Positions 40,486 through 51,797 of a DNA stretch of 64,000 nucleotides are shown in pieces (position 1 is the stretch's first letter; every line of letters begins with the position of its first letter). Source of the stretch: an uncultured Pseudomonadota bacterium (lineage in GTDB: Bacteria > Pseudomonadota > Alphaproteobacteria > Rhizobiales > Beijerinckiaceae); NCBI GenBank assembly GCA_963710855.1, contig CAVQBX010000057.1, forward strand, positions 11,169-75,168, given 5' to 3'. Position numbers and translations under genes: made by a program. The notes under the pieces were generated by a model that was not told the origin of the DNA, searched no databases, and saw only the letters and a list, made by a program, of their open reading frames with translations.

Positions 40486-41829
40486 ACCAGCGCGACGCTC
40501 TCCTGGGCCGCCATTGCCCGGCTCGGCCTCGTGCAGACGGCGCTCGGCGCGATCGTGGTGCTCATGACGGCGACGATCAATCGCGTGATGGTCGTCGAAC
40601 TCGCGTTGCCTGCGCTGGTCCCTGGAGTGCTCATTGCGGCTGTTTCACGGCGTGCAAATCCTGCGCCCTGCCTGGGGCTATCGCTCCGACATCGGCGGGC
40701 GACGCGCGCCCTGGATCGTCGGCGGCATGGCGGCGCTGGCGATCGGCGGCGTCACTGGCGGCGGTCGGCACGGCGATCGCGGCGCAATCAGCAGGCTTCG
40801 GCCTGTTTGTCGCCGCCGTCGGTTTTCTGCTGGTCGGCGCCGGCGCTGGCGCGGCGGGCACCAATGTGCTGGCGACGCTCGCCGCCCGCGTCGCGCCCGG
40901 GTCGCCGCGCCGCGGCGGCGACCACGGTCTGGGTGATGATGATATTCGGCTTCGCGCTGACCGCGCCGCTCGCCGGGCATTTTCTCGACCCATATTCGCC
41001 GAGCGCGCCTTATCGCCGTCTCGAGCGTGATTTCGGCGATCGGCCTTCCTGGTCGCCTGCCTCGCTCTTCTCGGCGTCGAAACCTCGGCGCCCGCGAGGT
41101 CGCAACCGGCGAACAAAGAGAGAGCGAGCTTCCGGGCAGGCGTTCCAGCAAGACTGGTCGGAGCCCGCGGCGCGCCGATTCACGATCTTCATCTTCGTTT
41201 CTATGCTCGCCTACAGCGCGCAGGAACTGCTGGTCGAGCCGTTCGCCGGGCTTGTGTTTGGTCTGCCGCCGGGTGTGACCACCAAGCTCGCCGGCCTGCA
41301 ACATGGCGGCGCGCTCGCCGGCATGATCCTCGTCGCGATTTGCGCTTCTGCTATCGGCGGCGCGAGGCTCGGAGATCTCAAGTTCTGGACGGTTTCGGGA
41401 TGCGTCGCGTCGGCCTAGCGCGCTGGCCGCCATCTGCGCGACCGGCATGCTCGCCGCTGGCGCCGGCCCGCTGCGCGCCTCGGTTTTCGCGCTCGGCCTC
41501 GGCAACGGCGTCTACGCCGCCGCGGCTATCGGTTCGATGATGGGATTGGCGGCCAAGGGCGCGGCCGCGCGGGAAGGCACGCGCATGGGCCTGTGGGGCG
41601 CGGCGCAGGCGCTGGCGATGGGCGCTGGCGGGGTCGTCGCAACGCGCGCTCGTTGACCTCGCGCGCTTTTGCGCTCGGATCGCCGCTCCTCGCCTACAGC
41701 TTCGTGTTTGCTGTCGAGGCGCTGGCTTTCCTCGCATCAGCGATTCTCGCCGCCAGGATTGGCGTTTCGAACTCCGTGCCGCAACGCGCAGACCCGACTC
41801 TCGTGCGAGTGGCGCAACAGACGCTTTGA
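40482..41829 (+). CDS. pucC: PucC-family (BCD) MFS transporter (frameshifted)
   Basis: LGLVQTALGAIVVL..INRVMVVEL, FVSMLAYSAQEL, REGTRMGLWGAAQA. Confidence 0.9.
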
Positions 41830-41839
41830 GGAGACAGCC

Positions 41840-43027
41840 ATGCGCGCCGCTCAGCGCTTTGATGTGGTCGTCGTCGGCGGCGGACCGGCAGGCGCGACCG
41901 CCGCGACCGATCTTGCGCGCGGCGCGGCCACAGCGTCGCGCTGCTCGACAAGGCTGGCCGCATCAAGCCCTGCGGCGGCGCAATTCCGCCGCGCCTGATC
42001 CGCGATTTCGCCATTCCTCGCATCTCATGCTCAAGGCGCGGGTTTCGTACCGCGACCATGGTCTCGCCGAAGGGCGAGCGCGTCGACATGCCGATCGAAG
42101 GCGGCTACGTCGGCATGGTCGACCGCGCCGAATTCGACGAATATTTGCGGCGAGCGCGCCGAGCGCTCCGGCGCGGTGCGCGTCTTCGGAGCCTATCGAG
42201 CGATTGACACGCGAAGCCGACGGAACGGTCGTCGTCCGTTACCGCCCGAAAGGCGAGGCCTACGAATCTGCGATTTCAGCACAACTCGTCATCGGCGCCG
42301 ACGGCGCGCTGACGCGAGGTCGGACGGCAGGAAGTCAACGGGGCCGACCGGACGCCCTTCGTCTTCGCCTATCACGAGATCGTCGAGACGCCCGCACGAG
42401 CGGCCGGACCGCTGCGAGATATTCTACGCGGCGCCTTGTCGCCCGATTTTTACGCCTGGATTTTCCCGCACGGCGGAACCATGAGCGTCGGCGTCGGCTC
42501 GGCGCACAAGGGATTTTCGCTAAAGGGCTCGGTAGCTTCGCTCAGACGCCAGAACCGAGCTTGCCGCGCAGCGACGACGATCCGCAAGGAAGGCGCGCCC
42601 GATCCCGCTCAAGCCGCTCAAGCGATGGGACAATGGCCGCGACGTGCTGCTCGCCGGAGACGCCGCGGGCGTCGTCGCGCCCGCCTCCGGCGAGGGCATC
42701 TATTACGCGATGCTCGGGGGCCGCCTGGCGGCCGAGGCCGTCGAGCGAGGCCTGAGACGCGGCGACGCGCGCGCGCTCGCAAGGCGCGCAAACGCTTCAT
42801 GAAGGCGCACGGGCGGGTGTTCTGGATTCTCGGCGATCATGCAATATTTCTGGTACGCCAACGACAGGCGGCGCGAGCGTTTCGTCAGCATCTGCCGCGA
42901 CCCCGACGTGCAGCGGCTGACCTGGGAAGCCTATATGAACAAGGAACTGCCGCGGCGCGATCCGCTCGCGCATGTCAGGATTTTCTTCAAGGACCTTGCC
43001 CATCTGCTGCATCTGGTTTCGCCGTGA
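41840..43027 (+). CDS. bchP: Geranylgeranyl reductase (frameshifted)
   Basis: VVVGGGPAGATAA, IKPCGGAIPP, SPDFYAWIFPHG, DVQRLTWEAYMNK. Confidence 0.96.
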
Positions 43028-43544
43028 CGCGCGGGGCTCTACGAGCATCTGCCGGAGATCGTGGTCGCAGTCGATGGCGGTCGTCGTCGTCGCGGTTGCC
43101 GGCGGCCTCGCGACCGAGATCGGGCCCTGGTACGAAGGTCTGCGTTTTCCGGCGCTGCGTCCGCCGAACTGGCTGTTCGGCTCCGGCCTGGACCTTGATC
43201 TTCGCGCTGATCGCGACGGCCGGCGTACTTGCCTGGGACGCTGCGCCAGACAGCGCCGCGCGTCGAACGCTGATCGCCTTGTTCGCGCTGAACGGCCTGC
43301 TGAACGTCGGCTGGAGCCCGCTGTTCTTCAAGCTGAAGCGGCCGGACTGGGCGCTTATTCGAAGTCGTTCCGTTCTGGCTTCGATCTTCGCGCTGATTGC
43401 TGTTCGTCGCGCCGTTTTCGCCGCGCGCCGCCGGCTTGCTGCGCGCCCTATCTCGCGTGGGTGACGTTCGCGGGTTGGTTCAACTGGCGCATCGTGCGGC
43501 TCAACGTCGCCTTCGGACGCGCCACCGAACGTCTGTTGAGGTAG
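43024..43544 (+). CDS. tspO: Tryptophan-rich sensory protein
   Basis: TEIGPWY.GL.FP..RPPNWLFG, LNV.WS.LFFKLKRPDWA, PYLAWVTFA. Confidence 0.93.
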
Positions 43545-43547
43545 GCG

Positions 43548-43883
43548 ATGCAAGCCGCGGCCGCCATCGATCCTCGCTTTGTCGATATTGCTTTGGCGTT
43601 GATCGCGCTCGAAGCCGTTGCGCTGCTCGCCTGGCGATGGTCAAGCGGCCGGGGACCTGAGCCTCGAGCGCTCGTCGCCAATCTGCTGGCGGGCGCCAGC
43701 CTTCTTGTCGCCGCGCGCGGCGCGCTTACCGGCGCCAACTCGTTGTCGATTGGCGCAGCGCTCGCTGCGGCGCTCGTCGCGCATATTTTCGATCTTGCGG
43801 GCCGTTGGCGGACTGACGTCGGCGAGTCGGCGAGGCGGTCGTCGCTCGGCCCGCAAGCCTCGACCCACAAGCGAGCAAGCTGA
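43548..43883 (+). CDS. Small multi-TM hypothetical protein of photosynthesis clusters
   Basis: SD GAGG; three hydrophobic segments; NLLAG..L and AH..DL..RW motifs. Confidence 0.75.
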   Translation: MQAAAAIDPRFVDIALALIALEAVALLAWRWSSGRGPEPRALVANLLAGASLLVAARGALTGANSLSIGAALAAALVAHIFDLAGRWRTDVGESARRSSLGPQASTHKRAS

Positions 43884-43957
43884 ACATTTGGCGGCTGCTC
43901 GCAGGTCTTTTTTGCGCACCCGTTGGCGGTCAGGCTCCAGCAGCGGCATTGAGCATA

Positions 43958-44004
43958 TGACAAGTCATCCTTACATATCTTCGATTTGTCAATTTCGCTT
44001 TACT
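43958..44004 (+). promoter_or_regulatory. Degenerate PpsR-like boxes upstream of aerR
   Basis: TGA-N12-ACA at 43958-75 and TGT-N12-ACT at 43987-44004 in an AT-rich spacer. Confidence 0.5.
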
Positions 44005-44088
44005 CTTGGTCGATTATCGGTTTGAATGGCTCGCGAGAAAAAATAGCGCGGCGGACTTGCCCAACGGTGCGAAAACCGGGAGGGGGCG

Positions 44089-44963
44089 ATGAGTAGCAAG
44101 ATGGCAGCCAGCGATTGCCATGACCCGCAACTCGGGATGCTGATTGGCGAAGGCTGGTACGGGGAGGGAGGCCGGTTCCCGGCGATCAGCCAGAAGCCGC
44201 TCGATGTGCTTCTGGAGCAGGTCGTACGCGAACAGATTGTTCCGAAGCTTGTTCAGATCCATCAGAACAATGCCGCTCCTAGGACTGTCGACGCGCCGAC
44301 CTTCGACGATATCGAGGAATTTGGCCGGATTGTCATCGGGCCGGACTCTCCGAAGCGGAGCGTTTCTTCGAGAGCATGCGTGCACGTGGCATGTCGAGCG
44401 ATGCGCTGTTCGAGACGCTGCTGGCCCCAACCGCGCGCCGCCTTGGCGAGTTGTGGTTCGAAGATGTCTGCGATTTCGTCGCCGTGGCTATCGGGGTCAA
44501 TCGGCTGCGCATCCTGCTCGAGCTCTACAGCCAGGCGCCGACCTCCGTCGGCGACACCCGCCGTCGCGCGTTGCTGATCTCCACGCAGAACGACGGGCAT
44601 ATTTTCGGTCTCGACATGGTTGCGAGCTTCTTGCGAGCGGGCGGCTGGGAGGTTCAGATCGAAGCCGCTCAATCGGCGGAAGACAACGCGAGGGTTGCCG
44701 CTTCGCGATGGTTCGCGGTCGCCGGCGTCACCATCGCGGATGACAGCAGCATCCCGAACGCGGCCCGCGCGATCGAGGCGGTGCGGCGCGCTTCGCTCAA
44801 TCGCTCGATCTCGATCATGATTGGCGGAGGGGCCTGTCACAGGCGACCCGGCCTGGTTGCGAGGGTTGGCGGCGATGCGACAGCCGACGATGGCCCGAGC
44901 GCCGCCCTGCTTGCGCACAAGCTATACATCCATCAACTCTTCGGAAAGCGGCGGTCGGGCTGA
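44089..44963 (+). CDS. ppaA: Cobalamin-binding PpsR antirepressor AerR/PpaA (frameshift near 44355)
   Basis: LLAPTARRLGELW.ED.CDF, DGHIFGLDMVASFLRAGGWEV B12 His motif, VRRASLN..I.IMIGG. Confidence 0.9.
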
Positions 44964-45578
44964 TCTTGCCGCGCCTGCGAACGCGGCATCACGCCAATTC
45001 GCCATCCATTGCTCGAAAGCGTCAAAGACCGATCGCGCCGTGTTTTCGGCGCTGGCCGCAGCGTCGATATCGCCGGCATGGGTTTCGAGTCGCGCGATGA
45101 ACAACCGCCACATTTCGCCGCGCCGGTCGCCATAGGCCTCGAAGAAATGGCGTTGCCGACCGCTGAAACCCGCCACTTGCAAGGCCCGCGCTATCGTCGC
45201 GCCGCCGAGCGTAGAGCCTTCCAGAACGTAGAGCGCCCCGAGCCACTGGGGCTCGGTTTCGAGCCGGGGCACGGTTTCGCACAAGGGCAAAGCGGCAGGA
45301 CTTTCGGCGAGCCCGAGCTCCGCGAGGTCGAGCGCCAAAGCGGAGGAACGGGCGCGAGAGCGCAATGCGATCGAACTCGCCATTTCGGCCGGCGCCTTGT
45401 CAAAATCGCGTTCGAAGGCGCGATGGAAACCGTAGAGGCGTGCGAGCAGGTCGCGATAGCTCGACATTGCGATCTTGCCAGACGCGGCTGCGCTGAAGCC
45501 GGGATGCGTGTGCATGCGTTCATGAACATCGCGGGTCGTCTCGCGAAGATGCGCCCTGAGGTCGGCGGCAACCTTCAT
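44922..45578 (-). CDS. bphO: Biliverdin-producing heme oxygenase
   Basis: LRETTRDVHE (proximal His), LGALYVLEGSTLGG, FFEAYG...W; ATG overlaps the bphP stop. Confidence 0.93.
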   Translation of the reverse strand: MKVAADLRAHLRETTRDVHERMHTHPGFSAAASGKIAMSSYRDLLARLYGFHRAFERDFDKAPAEMASSIALRSRARSSALALDLAELGLAESPAALPLCETVPRLETEPQWLGALYVLEGSTLGGATIARALQVAGFSGRQRHFFEAYGDRRGEMWRLFIARLETHAGDIDAAASAENTARSVFDAFEQWMANWRDAAFAGAARSARPPLSEELMDV

Positions 45579-47810
45579 GGCTTGCGCCCAGCGAGCGCCG
45601 AGGGGGGCGAATGGGAACCCATCGTCAGTCGTTCAAGCACCTCGGCGCTGCGTTCGACAGAACTGCGGATGCCTTCCAGGAGCGGCAGCATATTGACGGG
45701 GTCCGCGGAATCGGTGACCTCGAGGGCGGCGAGCTGCGCGTTCTCGACCACCGAAGACATGAGGCTCTGGGTCGCCGGATCCGCTCTCGTTTCGAGGCGA
45801 GCCGACAGGCGACGGTGGCTTTGCAGCATGCTCTCCTGGAAACGACGGCGCGCGGCTTCCGCCGCGCGCAATTCGCTGATTTCGGTGAAAATCACCACAA
45901 AGCCGAGCGCCCGGTCGTCTGCCGCGGCCACGGCGTCGGCCCGCACATTCAGCGCCGCGCCGGGCGTCGCGCCTGTGCGTAGCGATAGGTCGCCGCGCCA
46001 ACTGCGACGCCCTGTCTGGAGCGCCTTCAGACGCGCCGCGAATTCGTCGCCATCTTCAAAATAGTTTGGCAGATCGTCAAGACCGAGAAGAGCGCCGGAA
46101 CGCGCGCCGAGCAGGGATTCGAAGGCAGGGTTGCTCTCGAGCATGCGCCCTTCCGCGTCCGCGACGATCACCAGTTGCTCCGCCGCATTCACGCGCCGCG
46201 AGACCCGATCGAGTTGATCTTTCGCGATCGACGATCTGCACGGCGCGGAATTGCACGATGACGTCGGTGACGCTGGCGCCGATCATGCGGGCGGTGGCGA
46301 TATCGGTCGGCGTCCAGGGATCTGACGTGCCTTCGACCACCTGATGCCATTGCGCGAAAGATCGGCGCGGCGAAAGTTCGCTCGGATCGTCGGCGTCGGA
46401 AGGCGATTTGAACGGATTGCCGCCCCAGGTGATCGTTCGAATCCGCTCCGGACGGAACCAGAGCAGCAATTCGCCCCGTCGCCGGAAACCTGCGCCGCCG
46501 CCAGCCCCGCCGCCACGCCGGCCAGATTCGCGAACTCCGGCGCCTCGCGCAACGAGCGCGTTGGTCGCATAGAAGCCGTCGGAAAGTTTCGGCTCGCACC
46601 CAGCCGGCGAGCGTCGCGGATCTGTTCCGTGCCCGGCGCCTCGCCGATCGTCTGGATCTGGCCTTCGAACACCAGCGCCGCGCCGCTCGCGTCGAGCGGC
46701 AGCAGCAGCGAGCGCGCGCCGTCAAACAGGGCGCCCCGCCAGTCGCCTTCGCGCGAAATGACTTTCGACCATGCGCTGTTCGAGACGGCGCGCGGCCAGT
46801 TCGCATTGTCCGCGCGCAAAACTCTCCAGCGCGGCTATGCGCGTGCCGACGGCTTCGCCGAGCAATTCGCACACCGAACGCATTTCGAATGGCAGGCAAC
46901 GCGGCGAATAGTGATGGCAGGAGACAAGTCCCCACAGCTTGTCGCCGACGATCAGCGAGACGACGAGCGTCGCCGACACGCCCATGTTCTTGAGATATTG
47001 GACGTGAATCGGCGACGCGCTGCGCAGGAAACACAAGCGACATGTCGAGGTCCTGGCCCGTCAGCGGCGAAAGCTTCGGCCCGATCGGGGCGGGCGCGTA
47101 GTTCACGTCGCTCAGACAGCCGCACGCGGTTTCGCATGATAAAGCCGCCGCGCGATCTGCGGAATGTCGGAGGCGGGATAGCGGTTGCCCAGAAAGGCTT
47201 CGAGTTCGGGCTCGGCGCGTTTCGGCGAACACCTCGCCGTGACCGTCCTCGTCGAACCGATAGATCATCACGCGGTCGTAACCGGCGATCTCCTGAAATA
47301 TATGCGCGCGTCACGTCGCTGAGCGAGGCAACCGAGCCCGCGCTGACGATCGCCTGCAGCGCACGCTCGACGGAAGCGGAAAGATCCGTCGGCGGCGCCG
47401 CTTCCTCGAGTTCGATGACGAGTTCGCCGCCTGACGGCCCGATGCAGCAGCGCCGTGACCAATCGCGCCGGATTCGGCTGAAGTCGGCAACGAACGACGT
47501 AGGGGATGACCTCCGGATGGCTCGGCAATTCCTGGGCGCGACGCCAGAGATCGCCGCCGAGCGCGCGCAGTCGCAAACCCGGCAATGCGTCCGTCGATGC
47601 CGCAGGAAGGCGTGGGCGTTGGCGCTTGCCTGCAGAATGGACTGGTCGCTCTCGCGTACGCTGAGGAGAGCGCCGTGCGGCTGGATGCACCCGGCAAGAT
47701 GTATCTGCTCTCGCTCGCAATTCGAAAGATTAGCGGCGCCAAAGGCGGCGAGCCGGCTGAAGGGTCGTGCCGCACGCGATCCTCCTCCCGGGATGATCTT
47801 CGTCGCCCAT
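45575..47810 (-). CDS. bphP: Bacteriophytochrome of RpBphP1/BrBphP type (PAS-GAF-PHY-PAS-HOS, no His kinase; frameshifted)
   Basis: NLSNCEREQIH, GNRYPASDIPQIARRLY, LRSASPIHVQYLKNMGV, WGLVSCHH, WFRPE, PRRSFAQW, VVENAQLAALE. Confidence 0.95.
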
Positions 47811-49138
47811 TCAGCCGAGATCAAGCTTATATTTATTGAGCTTAACGTGCAGGGTCTGCCGGCTCAAGCCCAGGCGGCGCGCCGCCAGGGTGCGGTTGCC
47901 CCGGAATTTGGCGAGCGCTTCCTCGATGTAGCGGCGCTCGATCGCCTCCACCGCGGCTTGCGACCACCGTTTCGAGCGAGTTCGCGCGGCGCGAAATCGC
48001 CGACCGCAAGCTTGCCGAGATCAAGCGCGCCGGCGCTCCGGCCGCTGCGCCGCGCGAAGTTACGTCGCGGATCAGCAGACCTATGTGCTGCGCGTTCGGC
48101 GCCCGGTCGCCGACGGCGGAGATTTCGACCTCGGTCACCGATCCGAGTTCGCCCTCCAGGCGACAGCGGAACGCCCTGACGCTGCCGTGGCGCTGCACGA
48201 GGCGCGAGGACGACCTGGAAATCCTCGCCGGGAAGAGACAGCCAGCGTCCCATGTTCTGGCCGAGACCGCGCTCTCCACGCCGACTTGGGCAGATCGAGA
48301 AAGGTCGGGTTGGCCTTGAGGAGCGCGCCGTCGCTTGTCGACGATCACGAAGGCGTCGGGAAGCCGATGCAGAATCTGGTCGAGATTGAAGGCCTCCGCG
48401 GTCTGCGCCGGCGCGGCGCCGAGCGCCGACATCTGCATGAGATAGAAGGCGTCCGAATCGTTGGTCACGATCGAGGCGCGCAGGCCCCATTGCGCGCCGT
48501 CTGGCGAGGTGCAGGGCGATGTTGGGCGCGCGGCCCTGCGCCCTCGCCTGAGATCGAGCGCGGCGTCGAGCGCCTTGCGATCGCGCGCGGAAAGATCGGG
48601 AAGGAACTCCGCGCCGGGCAACGAGCCCCAGCGAGCGCGCCGCCGCGACATTGGCCTCGACGACCCGCATGTTCGTGGCGCGCACCAGCGCGACCGCCTC
48701 GCTCGAAGCGTCGAGCACGGCCCGATAGCGCCGCTCGATGTCCCGCGAGCTGCCAGAAATCCTGCTCGCGCGCCTTCTGCGCGTCGAGCAGGCGCGTCTG
48801 CAGGTCCGAAACGTTCTGCAGATTGCGGCCTATGGCGACGAAGCCGGCGTTCTTGCCAAGGCTGACGGTGGTGTATTCGACCGGCAGCTTCGCGCCCGCT
48901 CGGCAGCATCTGCTGCACGCGGAAAGCACTGGGATTCGCCGCTTTTGGCGCGAAGCTTCCATCGCTTGCGGCGACGCGGCTCGACGAGTTCGGGCGGCAC
49001 CGTCTCGCTCCAGGGGCGGCCGCGCCAGCGATCGAGCGAATCATTCTCGAGCGCATCCGAGGGCGCGACATTGCGGATGACGCCGTCGCGGTCGAGCGTC
49101 AGCGTGATGTCCGGTCTGTCGGCAGGTTCGTCGATCAC
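47811..49138 (-). CDS. ppsR2: Transcriptional regulator PpsR2 (frameshifted)
   Basis: PDITLTLDRDGVIR, LPVEYTT, AIGRNLQ.VSDLQ.RL.DAQ..RE.DFW, HTH LGLSRQTLHVKLNKY; stop abuts the bphP ATG. Confidence 0.93.
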
Positions 49139-49376
49139 GATACGACCCTTTGCGCGGCTAAGTTTTCGCCCCTCGTTAGATCACGTCTCCCCTGCATGCC
49201 AAGCTTGCGTCCCAAGCGTAAGGTCCGCCTTACAGGGGCGCATTTTCGTCTGGTCACATAATCACGATATCAGAGCGGTCAAGAGATTGCGACAATTCTT
49301 GGCCGCAAGGTTAGTTTCCGATCTCCGGCGAACGGCGAACACGCCGCAAAGCCAGTGTGGCCGGGTGGTCAAAAGA

Positions 49377-49419
49377 TGTCAATTTAAGTTGACAGTCGAA
49401 CTGTAACTATAACGTTACA
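49377..49419. promoter_or_regulatory. Two perfect PpsR palindromes at the PGC edge
   Basis: TGTCAATTTAAGTTGACA (49377-94) and TGTAACTATAACGTTACA (49402-19), 7 bp apart. Confidence 0.9.
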
Positions 49420-49474
49420 GAAGTCAACGCGACCTTTCTCGGCCGCGCCGAAGCTCGAATCACCGCGCTGGCCC

Positions 49475-50378
49475 TCAGGTTTTGACGGTCGAGGCCTTGT
49501 AGATTTCGTCGATCGCTTCGCCGAGCGCCGCGTTGAATTGGGCGTCGCTCATCGATTTGCGCAGATCCTCGACCAGCGCGCGCGAAAAGCTGGCGATCAT
49601 GCCGTGATTGGCCGGCGAGGCGCTCGCAGGCTCGGCTCGCGTGATAGCCGCCGGAGAGCGCGACGACCCGCACCACCTTGGGGTGCGCGATCAGCGGCGC
49701 GTAAAGGTCGGGCATGTCCGGGATCGTCAGCTTCAGCATCACCTGCAGGCCCGCGCGGCAGCGCGTCGAGGCCGGCGAGGATCTGGTCGCGCAGCAGCGT
49801 TTCGGCGCCCGGCTTGTCGGGGCTCTTGATCGACACTTCCGGCTCGAGGATCGGCACCAGTCCGTGCTTGGCGATCTCGATGCCGACCTCGAACTGCTGC
49901 GCGACGATCGCCGCGATGCCGGTGGGCGAGGCGCAGGTGGATGTCGGAGCGCATCTTGGTGCCGAAGACGCCGAGCTCGACGGCGCGGTCGAGCAGCGCG
50001 TCCAGCTCCGGGCATCGGCTTCATCAGGCTGACGCCGTCGCTCTTCCGCCTCGAGGCCCTTGTCGACTTTCAGGAACGGCACGACGCCGCGCGTCTTCCA
50101 CAGGAAGGTCGGAACCGGCTTGCCCTCCGCCTCGCCGTCCATGGTGCGCTCGAACAGGATCGCCGCGATCACCTTGTCGCCCGTGAAGGCCGGCGCGGTC
50201 ATGATGCGCACGCGCATCGCGTGCATCAGCGCTGAACATCTCGGCGTCGCCGTTGTAGGCGTCGTCGGGGACGCCGTAGAGCCGCAGCGCGCCGGGCGTC
50301 GAGCCGCCGCTCTGGTCGAGCGCGGCGATGAAGCCCGGCTTGCTTGGCCATCTGCGCCATCATTTCGTTATTGGCCAT
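49475..50378 (-). CDS. fda: Class I fructose-bisphosphate aldolase (frameshifted)
   Basis: [60 protein letters not shown]. Confidence 0.93.
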
Positions 50379-50486
50379 GTCCGGTCTCCTTACATTCGTT
50401 TCCCCACGCCGCCGCGGCGCGGAAATGAGTTTGCGGCCGGCCGCGGTTTGACGCAAGCTAGATTCGCCGATCCCCGGAGGCGCGCG

Positions 50487-51160
50487 ATGGCCGATGTGGC
50501 CGATTTCGTCTTTCTGTTCGATGTCGACAATACGCTCATTGACAACGATCAGGTCCAGCAGGACCTGAGCGATCATTTGAACGCCGAGTACGGCGCGGAC
50601 GTTCGCGACCGCTACTGGGCAATTGTTCGAGCAGATCCGCTCCGAGCTCGGCTATGCCGACTATCTCGGCGCGCTCGAACGTTACCGGCTCGGGGACCTG
50701 CACGATCCCCGCATCCTGCATATGGCGAACTGGCTGGTCGACTATCCCTTCTCCAACCGGCTTTATCCCGGCGCGCTCGAGGCGGTCGGCCATGTCCGCC
50801 GCTGGGGCGATCCGGTCATCCTGTCCGACGGCGACGCGGTGTTCCAGCCGCGCAAGGTCGCGCGCTCGGGCCTGTGGCGCGAGTTCGAGGAGCGCGTGCT
50901 GATCTACATCCACAAGGAGGAGGAGCTCGACGACGTCGAGCACTGGTATCCGGCCCGTCGTTACGTGCTGATCGACGACAAGCTGCGCATCCTCACCGCC
51001 GTCAAGCAGCGCCTGGGGCGACAAGGTGACGACCGTGTTCGTCAAGCAGGGCCATTACGCGACCGACGCCAACGCGATCGCGAGCTTTCCGCCCGCCGAC
51101 GTCGAGATCGACGGCATCGGCGACCTCGTGCGCTGCAAGTCGCCCCTGCTGCCGTTTTGA
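50487..51160 (+). CDS. HAD-family hydrolase (frameshifted)
   Basis: FLFDVDNTL, ILSDGD, IYIHKE, LIDDKLRIL. Confidence 0.88.
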
Positions 51161-51170
51161 AACACTGCGC

Positions 51171-51376
51171 TGTAGCCGCGGTCGCTGACCCATTTGCGCT
51201 CGGATTGGGAAACTGTCGTCCCCGTGAAAACGGGGACCCAGCGTCATAGAGCTCAGCGGCTTCAAGTTTCCAGTCCTGTCTGCAAGCCCAGCATCACACG
51301 CTGGATCCCCGCTTTCGCGGGGATGACATCGGAGTGCGTCTAGCCGGGCGCATGTGGGTCGCTGACCGCGGCCACA
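51171..51376. repeat. GTAG-type REP doublet enclosing a second REP doublet (copy B)
   Basis: Outer arms TGTAGCCGCGGTCGCTGACCC / GGGTCGCTGACCGCGGCCACA; inner TGTCGTCCCCGTGAAAACGGGGACCCA...TGGATCCCCGCTTTCGCGGGGATGACA (51214-51328). Confidence 0.8.
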
Positions 51377-51402
51377 ACGGCGCCTGGGAGCTTGTCCTGG
51401 GT

Positions 51403-51492
51403 ACAAACATCGCCAAATTGGCGCCAAACAAGTCCAAACAAGCGACAAACAAATCCAAGCAAGAGCAAAACAAATCCAAACAAATCCAAATT
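51403..51492. repeat. Degenerate 10-11 bp tandem repeat (CAAATCCAAA-like)
   Basis: gccaaacaag tccaaacaag cgacaaacaaa tccaagcaag agcaaaacaaa tccaaacaaa tccaaa. Confidence 0.75.
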
Positions 51493-51797
51493 CAATCGGG
51501 CAAGTTTGTGTGTTTTCAAGGGCTTGCGGGTGGTTAACGCGTTTTTTGCAGCTCCCCGCCAGTTCCGCCTTGATTCGCCGTATGCATGGTATTGTATTCT
51601 GATTTACAGACCTATTCATATCACATAAATTCTCTTATTAGCAATCAGTTTTGTTGCGCCCTGTCGCTCCGCGATTTCCCGTATTCACGGCGGCCAGTGC
51701 AGCCACCGCCCCACTTGCTGGGGTTACGCCGACGCCGTCAGGCTTGTCGCAAGCGGCAATTTCGTCCAGCTTGCCCTGGTTGATCCGAGGAAACGCC

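Noticed and set aside
47668-47720. Extra Cys in the BphP N-terminus (GCIQPHG instead of GSIQPHG)
   Set aside because: A one-base difference in an error-rich region; cannot be supported.
51403-51492. CRISPR array, or the W/C-periodic ORF 51002-51619
   Set aside because: Units are 10-11 bp with no spacers and no cas genes; the ORF is the translation of the repeat.
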